From contig JBHJHA010000066.1 in the NCBI GenBank assembly GCA_050331235.1, positions 1 through 28,327 on the forward strand: a stretch of DNA of 28,327 nt, in the 5' to 3' direction. Below the pieces are notes generated by a model. That model was not told where the DNA came from. It saw only the letters and a list, made by a program, of their open reading frames with translations, and did no database searches. This document shows positions 19,114 through 27,918 of the stretch, in pieces (position 1 is the first letter of the stretch; each line of letters opens with the position of its first letter). This DNA is from Leptolyngbyaceae cyanobacterium. Its GTDB lineage: Bacteria; Cyanobacteriota; Cyanobacteriia; Phormidesmidales; Phormidesmidaceae. Both the position numbers and the translations under genes were made by a program.

Positions 19114-20589
19114 ATGTACATCGTACAGATTGCCTCAGAATGTGCTCCTGTCATCAAAGCTGGTGGCTTAGGGGATGTTGTTTACGGTCTGAGTCGTGAG
19201 ATTGAGTCACAAGGGCATTGCGTAGAGTTGATTTTGCCCAAGTACAGCAACATGCGATATGACCACATCTGGGGCCTACACGATGCCTACCGAGACCTGT
19301 GGGTGCCCTGGTATGGAGGCCGCATTCACTGCTCAGTGTTTTGTGGGTGGGTCCATGGACGTTTGTGCTTCTTCATTGAGCCTCATTCAGAGGATTTCTT
19401 CTTTGACCGCGGCACCTACTATGGCTGTAATGATGACCCTATGCGGTTTGCCTTTTTTAGCAAGGCAGCCCTCGAGTTTTTGCTTCAAACTAACAAGCGA
19501 CCTGATATCATTCACTGCCACGATTGGCAAACTGGGTTGGTGCCTGTGATGCTGTACGAAATGTACCAGTATCACGGAATGGGCAACCAGCGGGTCATGT
19601 ACACCATTCACAATTTCAAGCATCAGGGCTTTGGCGGCTCTGAAATTCTCTGGGCTACGGGCCTCAACCGTGAGTCTTATTATTTTGACTATGAGCGGTT
19701 GAGAGATAATTTCAACCCCTTTTCGCTCAATTTTATGAAAGGCGGCATTGTATATGCCAACCACGTCAATACAGTTGCGCCTCATCATGCTTGGGAGGCA
19801 ATGTACGGTGATTTTGGGTTTGGGCTCGGCCACACCCTACACGATAAAAGCTTCAAGTTTTCTGGCATTTTAAATGGCGTCGACTATGCCATTTGGAATC
19901 CTGAGGATGACCCTCACATTGCCCAAACCTATGGCTTGAGCACCTACGAAGACAAAGTTCTCAACAAAAAAGCTTTGCGCGATCGCCTATCGCTGCGGAC
20001 CTGTGACAAGCCCATGATGGCTTTCATTGGTCGTTTAGACGATCAAAAGGGCGTTCATCTAGTGCACCATGCCATGTACTACGCCCTGAATCGGGGGGCT
20101 CAGTTCGTCTTATTAGGATCAGCCACCGACAGCACTATCAATGACTGGTTTTGGCACGAAAAGCGCCACCTCAATGACAATCCCGATATCCACCTCGAGC
20201 TTAGTTTCAATGAAGAACTGGCACATCTTATTTATGCCGGGGCGGACTTGATGGTTGTTCCCAGTAAGTATGAGCCCTGTGGTCTGACTCAGTTGATTTC
20301 CATGCGATATGGGACTGTGCCCGTCGTGCGAGGGGTCGGGGGACTGGTCAGTACAGTCTTTGATTGGGATTATGACACCGAGCATCCCCGGGAAGAGAGG
20401 ACCGGTTTTGTCTTTTATGAGTCCGACCACTATGCTGTGGAATCAGCGATGAACCGCGCCCTTGACCTCTACTATGACGAGCCGAAGCTGTTCCAGCAGC
20501 TAGCCTTGCAGGGGATGCAGTACGACCATTCTTGGAAAAAATCAGGCAAGGAATATCTGGAAGTGTATGAGTACATCCGGCATAAGTAA
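19114..20589 (+). CDS. glgA: Glycogen synthase (GT5)
   Basis: Starts MYIVQIASECAPVIKAGGLGDV (KxGGL), with IHCHDWQT, GILNGVD and PSKYEPCGLTQ. The start is ATG 19114. Confidence 0.97.
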   Translation: MYIVQIASECAPVIKAGGLGDVVYGLSREIESQGHCVELILPKYSNMRYDHIWGLHDAYRDLWVPWYGGRIHCSVFCGWVHGRLCFFIEPHSEDFFFDRGTYYGCNDDPMRFAFFSKAALEFLLQTNKRPDIIHCHDWQTGLVPVMLYEMYQYHGMGNQRVMYTIHNFKHQGFGGSEILWATGLNRESYYFDYERLRDNFNPFSLNFMKGGIVYANHVNTVAPHHAWEAMYGDFGFGLGHTLHDKSFKFSGILNGVDYAIWNPEDDPHIAQTYGLSTYEDKVLNKKALRDRLSLRTCDKPMMAFIGRLDDQKGVHLVHHAMYYALNRGAQFVLLGSATDSTINDWFWHEKRHLNDNPDIHLELSFNEELAHLIYAGADLMVVPSKYEPCGLTQLISMRYGTVPVVRGVGGLVSTVFDWDYDTEHPREERTGFVFYESDHYAVESAMNRALDLYYDEPKLFQQLALQGMQYDHSWKKSGKEYLEVYEYIRHK

Positions 20590-20760
20590 TTCCGCCGCCG
20601 CTGAAAATATTGATTGCTTAGATTACATCATGCTACAGGGCTCGATTTGCTAAAGATCAATACAGTCTTGAGGGGAAATAGGCTCTACCGTGACGTAGTG
20701 AACCGATTGATCAGAGGCGCTAACCTCGATCAATAGAAATCCCTAAGGTTGAAAGGTGGT

Positions 20761-22086
20761 ATGCCAGCAGCACAAGCATTTCGAGGAAGCTTCTTAGATT
20801 TCGTTGATGATCCTTTTTATGTCAGCGAAGCTGAAAGCGTACGCTATCTCGAAGATGGCCTGTTAGTGCTGGATAGCCGAGGACAGGTGGAAGCATTTGG
20901 TGATTATCAATCACTCGTGCCCAAATATGAGTCACTTCCTTTACGGCAATATCGCGATCGCCTGCTGCTGCCAGGTTTCATTGACACTCACATTCACTTT
21001 CCGCAAACAGCGATGATGGCAGCCTACGGGGAACAACTGCTGGAGTGGCTCAATCGATATATCTTTCCAACCGAATCCAAGTTTCAAGACAAAGCCTATG
21101 CAAGGAAAATTGCCGATATTTTTCTCAATGAGTTACTCCGCAATGGCACCACAACCGCGCTAGTCTTTGCGGCTGTTTTTCCCCAATCGGCAGAAGCGTT
21201 TTTTGAAGCGGCAGAAGCCCGAAACCTCAGAATGATTGCCGGCAAGGTCATGATGGATCGCCATGCCCCTGAATATTTATGCGATACGGCTGCAACTTCC
21301 TATACCGAGACCAAGGCCCTGATTGAAAAATGGCATCACCGGAGCCGTTTGCGATATGCGATTACCCCACGGTTTGCTATCACTTCAACCCCCGAACAGC
21401 TCCGGTGTGCAGGGCAACTCTTACAGGAATATCCCGATACCTATCTCCATACCCATCTTTCAGAAAATGTTGACGAGGTCGCCTCAGTTAAAACCTTGTA
21501 TCCCAACTGCGATAGCTATCTTGAGGTGTATGACCAAGCTGGCCTCGTCACCCGGCGATCAGTCTTTGCCCATGGCGTCCAACTCGATGAAGCAGATTTC
21601 CAGCGATTATCTGCAGCAGAGGCGGCGATCGCGTTTTGTCCGACCTCCAACCTCTTCCTGGGTAGCGGGCTCTTCAAACTGGAACAAGCAAAATCTCCCG
21701 AGCATCCTGTCAAGGTTGGTTTAGGCACAGACATCGGTGCGGGTACCAGCTTCTCCCTCTTACAAACCGCTAGCGAAGCTTATAAAATTGCTCAGCTCCG
21801 CAATCAGTCCCTTTCTCCATTCAAAGCACTCTTTTTAGCAACCCTAGGCGGAGCCAGAGCATTAGGACTCGAAGATCTCTTAGGCAGCTTTTCCCCTGGC
21901 AAAGAGGCAGACTTCATTGTGCTAAATCCCCACGCGACTCCCTTGCTTACGCTGAGAAATCCCCAGCCGACAGCTACCACTTTAGAAGCACTCGCCGAAA
22001 TTGCTTTTTCACTGGTAATGATGGGAGACGATCGCGCTGTAGAAGCCACCTACATCATGGGAAAACCCGCTACGATTGATTCTTAG
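20761..22086 (+). CDS. guaD: Guanine deaminase
   Basis: Motifs PGFIDTHIHFPQ, YGEQLLEWL, ITPRFA, HTHLSEN, CPTSNLFLGSG and GTDIGAGTS. ATG 20761 follows AAAGGTGGT. Confidence 0.95.
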   Translation: MPAAQAFRGSFLDFVDDPFYVSEAESVRYLEDGLLVLDSRGQVEAFGDYQSLVPKYESLPLRQYRDRLLLPGFIDTHIHFPQTAMMAAYGEQLLEWLNRYIFPTESKFQDKAYARKIADIFLNELLRNGTTTALVFAAVFPQSAEAFFEAAEARNLRMIAGKVMMDRHAPEYLCDTAATSYTETKALIEKWHHRSRLRYAITPRFAITSTPEQLRCAGQLLQEYPDTYLHTHLSENVDEVASVKTLYPNCDSYLEVYDQAGLVTRRSVFAHGVQLDEADFQRLSAAEAAIAFCPTSNLFLGSGLFKLEQAKSPEHPVKVGLGTDIGAGTSFSLLQTASEAYKIAQLRNQSLSPFKALFLATLGGARALGLEDLLGSFSPGKEADFIVLNPHATPLLTLRNPQPTATTLEALAEIAFSLVMMGDDRAVEATYIMGKPATIDS

Positions 22087-22273
22087 GGGTTGCAGATATC
22101 AATTTTACCGTCAATCGCAGACATCAACTCCTCCAACGGTTACGCCCTCCATTTTGTGCCATGAGTCCCATGAGGACAGCGCTATCTACTGCTTGTCCTA
22201 GTCGCTAGAACATCCTGTCAAACATCCAGTTTGCAAGAAGTTAGTGATATCAAAAACCTTAGGGACGGACTCT

Positions 22274-23662
22274 ATGATTTCGCAACTCAAACAGGCAGCC
22301 TCTAGTCTTAACTCACTTTGTCGGCTCTGGCGACAGCCTGATCGCTTACTGTGGATGCTGCTCAGCGTCACCGTTGCAGTGACCATTGTCTTTATATCAT
22401 CGGCCCCCTCAGCTCAAACGCTCAATGAGCAAATTTTGACAATGGAAACTGGTTTGGAGCAGGAGTTTGAGACCTATTTTGATGCTGATCTTGCCACTGT
22501 CACCCAGTCGGCACCAGAGATTGCCCAAACCTTATCACGGTTGGATCTGGAAACCGGCACGAAATCCGCAGTCATGTGGGTGATTCCTAAAGGCAATCAT
22601 CTGCGATTAGTCCTTACGACCCCTAAGCACGAAGCTGTTGTGAGAACCCGATACGATGTACCTGATACGGTGCTACAAACAACGGTCAACCGATTCTTTC
22701 AAGAGGTTTTGAGGCCCTCACGCCGCTCCGACTATCCAGCAGCACAACAGCTCTATGAGTGGATCGTCACCCCCTTCGAAGCAGATTTTTTAGAGCCCGA
22801 GGGGGTCGATACAATTTTGTTTTGCTTAGGTAATGGGTTGCGGGGCCTGCCCCTATCGGCCCTTTATGACGGCAATTCCTTTCTGATTGAAAAATATAGT
22901 CTCACTAGAATTCCGGCATTTAATCTCATTCAGACCGACTATAAAGCTTTTACAGATAGTCAGTTTTTAGCCATGGGCGCATCTGAGTTTGAGAACTTAT
23001 CACCGCTACCGGCTGTCCCTATCGAGATTGACAGCATATCGCAAATATTACAGGCTCCAGAAAATGGTAGCGACTGGCAGGGCAAAACCTTTTTGAATAG
23101 TCAGTTTACCTTAGCCGCTTTGCAGACTGCGGTTAGCAATCAATCTCCTGACTTGGTTCACTTAGCGACCCATGCAGCATTTGCACCCGGTACTCCCAAA
23201 AATTCCTACGTACAACTATGGGACCAAAAGCTGTTGCTCGATGATATGGATACTGTGAATTGGGCCTCACCCGCACTGGAGCTGTTAGTACTCAGTGCTT
23301 GTCAAACAGCCATCGGTGATAGCCAAGCTGAGCTTGGTTTTGCGGGAGTCGCCCTCAAAGCCGGTGTCAAATCAGCCGTTGCGAGTCTCTGGCAGGTTAG
23401 CGATTTGGGGACTCTAGTATTGATGAGCGAGTTTTACCAGCAGCTCGAGGTGGCTGCGACTAAAGCAGAGGCTCTGCGCCAAGCCCAGCTCAGTATGCTG
23501 CGCGGCGAGGTTGGATATCGCGACAATACGTTGCTGCTGTCACGGGGGAGTTTAGCGATCACTTCAGAGTTGAGCACTCCAGCGATCTCATCCAATGCTG
23601 CCGAAACGTTTGCCTCACCTTACTATTGGGCTGGCTTTACGATGATCAGCAGTCCCTGGTGA
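22274..23662 (+). CDS. CHAT-domain (caspase-like, clan CD) protein with an N-terminal signal/TM segment
   Basis: LPLSALYDG, VHLATHA (catalytic His), LVLSACQTA (catalytic Cys), ASLWQVSD, KAEALRQAQL and PYYWAGF. It has a hydrophobic N-terminal LLWMLLSVTVAVTIVFI and no TPR array. The start is ATG 22274 or GTG 22244. Confidence 0.92.
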   Translation: MISQLKQAASSLNSLCRLWRQPDRLLWMLLSVTVAVTIVFISSAPSAQTLNEQILTMETGLEQEFETYFDADLATVTQSAPEIAQTLSRLDLETGTKSAVMWVIPKGNHLRLVLTTPKHEAVVRTRYDVPDTVLQTTVNRFFQEVLRPSRRSDYPAAQQLYEWIVTPFEADFLEPEGVDTILFCLGNGLRGLPLSALYDGNSFLIEKYSLTRIPAFNLIQTDYKAFTDSQFLAMGASEFENLSPLPAVPIEIDSISQILQAPENGSDWQGKTFLNSQFTLAALQTAVSNQSPDLVHLATHAAFAPGTPKNSYVQLWDQKLLLDDMDTVNWASPALELLVLSACQTAIGDSQAELGFAGVALKAGVKSAVASLWQVSDLGTLVLMSEFYQQLEVAATKAEALRQAQLSMLRGEVGYRDNTLLLSRGSLAITSELSTPAISSNAAETFASPYYWAGFTMISSPW

Positions 23663-23916
23663 GGGCACTGTTGCCATTATCACGTCTCCTGAAACTGCGA
23701 CCTCTGTTTAGTCTCGAATTCAGTAGGATGTTACTAATTGCACTGGCCAATTACGGGCGGTATCTCGATATTACCGTTAGCAAATATTTTGCGGAAACTA
23801 CAGCTAGCGACCTGTTTTTGCTAATACGCACTGCTATATTCGTCGATTTTGCAGGTTCCTATAAGTGAACTGAACGGTCTTTTGAACCGCCTTTACCATT
23901 ACTATCAGCACTGACC

Positions 23917-24615
23917 ATGAGCCACTCTCCACCAGCCTCTACCAAACGGTTTCTCTCCATTGCGATGTTGTTGGGTGGTTGCGCGATCGCCCTACCGGGA
24001 TTGGCTCAAGAACAAAATGAGTTTCCCGGCCGACGAGTAGGAGGTGGGACGCGGGGCGGCTGCGCCATTGATGCCTCTGGAGTGGTCGCGCTGCATCCGG
24101 AAAATAACTTGGGACTCACCCAACGGGCAACCCCTTCACTTTACTTAGCAGTGCCGGAATCTAGCGATGACTATGCGGTCACGTTCTTTTTGCTGGATGA
24201 CACTGACGCCATCCTGTACGAAACAACGTTAGAGGCCGGCAACAAAGATGAGCTAGTCGGGGTCCAAGTTCCATCTGACATTCTGAAAGCAGGTGAGCAT
24301 TATCCTTGGTACTTTTTAGTCACCTGCGAAGGGGTCAACCCAGCCGCTGGTGTGGTAGTCGAGGGATGGCTACAGCAAGTAATGTTTGAGGCCCCATTGA
24401 CTGATGTGGACAATGAGCCATCGATTGAGCAGATTCAGGCTTACCAAGCAGCTGGTCTTTGGAGTGACGCGATCGCCTTGACGGCAGAGTTAATCTCTAG
24501 CAACCCTGAGGATGCAGCTTATCAAGCCCAGTGGTTTAACCTGTTAGCAGAACTCGAACTCGATACGGCCATCGAAGAGCTTTTGCCTGTGCGTCTGCCC
24601 AATGCAATGGAGTGA
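23917..24615 (+). CDS. DUF928-family exported protein
   Basis: Signal peptide, PGRRVGGGTRG motif, GLT...PSLYLAVP, YPWYFLVTC, VEGWLQ, GLWSDA and W-x-x-LL. It sits between CHAT and CHASE2 genes. Confidence 0.88.
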   Translation: MSHSPPASTKRFLSIAMLLGGCAIALPGLAQEQNEFPGRRVGGGTRGGCAIDASGVVALHPENNLGLTQRATPSLYLAVPESSDDYAVTFFLLDDTDAILYETTLEAGNKDELVGVQVPSDILKAGEHYPWYFLVTCEGVNPAAGVVVEGWLQQVMFEAPLTDVDNEPSIEQIQAYQAAGLWSDAIALTAELISSNPEDAAYQAQWFNLLAELELDTAIEELLPVRLPNAME

Positions 24616-24626
24616 GGATCTGACGA

Positions 24627-27176
24627 TTGCCTCGACTGGCGACCGTAATAAGACAGGTGCGATCGCGCCTCGGACTTGCCTCGGACAGTCCCCATCAACT
24701 AGCCATCGTCCCCCAGATTTTCTGGGCCAGTTTGCGATCGGTGATTTTATCTAGCGCTGTAGTCACGGGCCTCTGTTTAGCCGTGCAACGGGTGGGGGGC
24801 TTTGAGACCTTAGAGCTGATCGCTTTTGACCAATGGGTCAGACTGCGCCCCTCGGCGGCGATGGATAATCGACTGGTAATTGTGGGCATTACAGAGGCAG
24901 ATATTCGCCGCTTCGGCTTTCCCATTACCGATGAAGTCCTGGCAGCGGCCCTAGAACGCTTACAAACAGCTCAGGTCAGCGTCATTGGTCTAGATTTGTA
25001 CCGCGATATCACCGTTCTACCCGGTCAAGCAGCGCTGATTGAGCAGCTCGCAGCCCCCAATGTAGTCGCCATTAACAATTTCGCTGGTGACATCCCGGCA
25101 CCTCCCAGTGTTGGCCCTGAGCGGGTTGGGTTCAATGATTTCACCTTGGACAAAGATGGCATTCTGCGGCGCAATCTGCTGCAGGTAGGCGATTCGGATA
25201 GTCCATATGTCTCGCTCGCCTTGCGGGTTACCCAGCGAGCCCTAGCCCAGCAGGGGATTGCCTATGACCACTCCAGCACCGCTATCTTCTTAAATCAGGC
25301 GGTGCTACCGCGCTTACAAAGCCACGATGGTGGCTACCAAACGAGTGATACCCGAGGGTATCAGATCTTGATGGACTACCGGACGCCTGAAGCGATCGCC
25401 CCGCTGATCTCCTTAAGCGAGCTGCTCGATCCACAAACTAAGCTTGATCGCTTCCAGCAGCGCATTGCTTTACTTGGCAGTGTCGCCCCTAGCCTCAAGG
25501 ATTTTTTGCCGACCCCCTACAGTGCTGTACGCCAGCAGTCTTTTCAGATGTCTGGAGTCATGGTGCACGCTCAGATGATCAGTCACCTGTTAGACCTTGC
25601 CGAGGGCAAACGCCCCTCCTTTCGCTTTTGGCCACAGTGGTTAGAAATTCTATGGTTAGGAACATGGGCTGTGGGTGGCAGCCTAGTGGCATGGCGACTA
25701 AAACGCCCCATTACTATCGCTATTTTTGCAGCAGGCGGTCTCACCATAATCATTGGTATTAGTGCAGCGCTATATTTTCACTTGGTTTGGGTACCGGCTG
25801 TTGCGCCTGCCGTCGCTTTTTTAGGGACGTTAGGGTTAGCGATGACCCATCGCCTGTTTTACACCACCACCCACGATGCTGTTACTGGTGCCCTGAACGA
25901 AGCATCACTGCTAGCGTATTTACGACGATCGCTCAAGCGGCGACAGCGCCGTCATCAAGCGGTCCCCCTCGGCCTTTTTTACATTCATTTGTCACAGCTC
26001 GGTTTGGTCAACAGTAGTCTCGGGCAAACCACCGGCAACTATGTATGGCAAGCGCTGATGGCTCGTTTGCAAGCCCGCTTGCCGAGATCCGCCAAAATAG
26101 CTCGCATTGATGAAGATGACTGTGCTATCGCCGTGCCTGATCGCGACAAACCAGCCCTTGAACGCTTGGCCCACGACCTGCAGGTCGACATTACGAAGCC
26201 CATCGATTTACCCGAGCAGCAGTCGGTAGTCACCGAGACGAACATCGGCATCGCCATAACTCAACCCGACTATCGCTACACAGCGGAGAACCTGCTCCGC
26301 GATGCCCATACGGCAATGTATAAGTCGCGATCGCTGGGTCAGGTCCAATACCAAGTATTTGCATCTGGCATGTTAGAAGTCAACGTCGCTCGCTTTGCGC
26401 TAGAGGGAGAGCTGCGTCGCGGCATCGCCGAAGAAGAATTTGAAGTTTACTACCAGCCAATTGTCTCGTTAAAAACGGGCAAAGTTGCTGGATTTGAGTC
26501 TTTAGTGCGATGGCAGCATCCCCAGCGGGGATTGATTGGGCCTGGCACGTTTATGTCTTTAGCCGAGGAAACTGGCCTCATCATCGCCTTAGGACAGTGG
26601 ATTTGTGAAACCGCCTGTAAACAAGCCCATCAATGGAAATGTCAATTTTCCCAATGGCCCATGCTCATCAGCATCAACTTATCTAGCCGACAGTTTGAGC
26701 AGCCTGACTTAGTTGAGCAGCTTGCGCAAAGTTTCCAGCACCGCCAGAGGGAAGGACTCATCTTCAAGCTCGAAGTCACCGAAAGTATGGTGATGGGAGA
26801 CGTCGAAGCAGCCATCGACTTAATGCTTAAACTGCGGTCGCTCGGCTGTAAACTCAGCCTTGACGACTTTGGTACCGGCTATTCTTCCCTGAGTTATCTA
26901 CGCCGCTTTCCAATTGACACCCTAAAGGTCGATCAATCGTTTGTTCGCAATATGGACAGCTCTGAAGACCTCGCCATTGTGCGAACCATCATCGACTTGG
27001 CCCATACCTTGGGCATGGACGTGATTGCCGAAGGTGTGGAGACCGCAGCAGACGCCGAGGCCCTGCGATCGCTGAACTGCGAGTATGGCCAGGGCTACTA
27101 TTGGGCAAAACCCCTTACAGCTGCAGCAGCGACCACCCTTCTCGCCGAGAATTTTGACGGAGACCCATCCACATAA
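24627..27176 (+). CDS. CHASE2-GGDEF(degenerate)-EAL membrane sensor, probable c-di-GMP phosphodiesterase
   Basis: TM, then CHASE2 (LVIVGITEADI, IGLDLYRD, DKDGILRR), then three TMs. The GGDEF position reads DEDDC. The EAL domain keeps YYQP, ESLVRW, INLS, LEVTES, DDFGTGYSS, KVDQSFV, AEGVE and QGY. The start codon is uncertain. Confidence 0.92.
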   Translation: MPRLATVIRQVRSRLGLASDSPHQLAIVPQIFWASLRSVILSSAVVTGLCLAVQRVGGFETLELIAFDQWVRLRPSAAMDNRLVIVGITEADIRRFGFPITDEVLAAALERLQTAQVSVIGLDLYRDITVLPGQAALIEQLAAPNVVAINNFAGDIPAPPSVGPERVGFNDFTLDKDGILRRNLLQVGDSDSPYVSLALRVTQRALAQQGIAYDHSSTAIFLNQAVLPRLQSHDGGYQTSDTRGYQILMDYRTPEAIAPLISLSELLDPQTKLDRFQQRIALLGSVAPSLKDFLPTPYSAVRQQSFQMSGVMVHAQMISHLLDLAEGKRPSFRFWPQWLEILWLGTWAVGGSLVAWRLKRPITIAIFAAGGLTIIIGISAALYFHLVWVPAVAPAVAFLGTLGLAMTHRLFYTTTHDAVTGALNEASLLAYLRRSLKRRQRRHQAVPLGLFYIHLSQLGLVNSSLGQTTGNYVWQALMARLQARLPRSAKIARIDEDDCAIAVPDRDKPALERLAHDLQVDITKPIDLPEQQSVVTETNIGIAITQPDYRYTAENLLRDAHTAMYKSRSLGQVQYQVFASGMLEVNVARFALEGELRRGIAEEEFEVYYQPIVSLKTGKVAGFESLVRWQHPQRGLIGPGTFMSLAEETGLIIALGQWICETACKQAHQWKCQFSQWPMLISINLSSRQFEQPDLVEQLAQSFQHRQREGLIFKLEVTESMVMGDVEAAIDLMLKLRSLGCKLSLDDFGTGYSSLSYLRRFPIDTLKVDQSFVRNMDSSEDLAIVRTIIDLAHTLGMDVIAEGVETAADAEALRSLNCEYGQGYYWAKPLTAAAATTLLAENFDGDPST

Positions 27177-27403
27177 AGCCATTCCCTCAACAGAGGACAA
27201 AGCATCCCTCTTGGGATGACCCATTTATCTATTCACAAGCTAAAGTGGTACTGAGTATGAGTACAGTCAAACGCCACGGATGGCAGCTAATATGCCCTCA
27301 GCGATCCGGCAACTCGTTTCTCTAAGTAATGTTATCTGGATGACTCGAATACGTTGACTACGTCCTTCCAGTCAATCCTTTGCTGATATCTGGAGCAATT
27401 TTG

Positions 27404-27847
27404 ATGGAGACCCCGACAGCACCCAAGCCAATTCGGTCTTTAGAAGACGCTTTTGAGCGATGTCAGACTCTTAAAATGCGCCTTAGCCGTCAACGTCGCT
27501 ACATTTTAGAATTGCTCTGGGAAGCGAAAGAACATCTATCAGCCAGGGAGATTTATGATCGCCTCAACCGCCGTGGCTGCGATATCGGTCATACTTCGGT
27601 TTATCAAAACCTAGAGGCGCTATCTGAACAAAACATTATTGAGTGCGTCGAGCGTTCAGATGGTCGACTTTATGGACATATCAATGATGCCCACAGCCAC
27701 GTCAACTGCCTTGACACGCAACAGATTATTGACGTTCGGGTAGACCTTCCAGAAGCGCTCATTCGCCAAGTAGAATCTCAAACTGGCACTAAAATCACTG
27801 AGTATCGCATTGACTTCTTTGGTATCCGTCAGCCAGAACAGGGCTAA
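27404..27847 (+). CDS. furC: Fur-family transcriptional regulator, FurC (PerR-like) type
   Basis: ATG 27404 follows GGAG. KPIRSLEDA, EHLSAREIYDRL, IGHTSVYQNLEAL and HSHVNCLDT closely match the cyanobacterial FurC subtype, and there are no CxxC pairs. Confidence 0.88.
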   Translation: METPTAPKPIRSLEDAFERCQTLKMRLSRQRRYILELLWEAKEHLSAREIYDRLNRRGCDIGHTSVYQNLEALSEQNIIECVERSDGRLYGHINDAHSHVNCLDTQQIIDVRVDLPEALIRQVESQTGTKITEYRIDFFGIRQPEQG

Positions 27848-27918
27848 CTCCCCAGCGTCTCTTTAGTAAAGAGAACAAAAATAGTCCCAAACACCACCGC
27901 TGCCATTGCGAGTTCCAT
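27844..27918 (-). CDS. Putative 24-aa small membrane protein (not in ORF track)
   Basis: MELAMAAVVFGTIFVLFTKETLGS*, with AGGA about 10 nt upstream. Its stop overlaps the furC stop. Confidence 0.35.
   Translation of the reverse strand: MELAMAAVVFGTIFVLFTKETLGS

Larger units (their letters stand above)
631..27072. repeat. Dispersed HIP1 octamer GCGATCGC
   Basis: Roughly 30 copies by manual count (e.g. 631-638, 1140-1147, 3412-3419, 18565-18572), against about one expected by chance. This is a cyanobacterial hallmark. Confidence 0.95.

Noticed and set aside
20623..20666. NtcA-activated promoter for guaD (TTA-N8-TAC, then TACAGT)
   Set aside because: The left half-site deviates from GTA, and the spacing to the -10-like hexamer is 24 nt rather than about 22.
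22092..22127. Imperfect direct repeat GCAGA(T/C)ATCAA after guaD
   Set aside because: Only two short copies 25 bp apart, which is not an array and has no other support.
892..27224. Many short ORFs antisense to or out of frame within long genes
   Set aside because: They are shadows of well-supported genes and carry no independent motifs.
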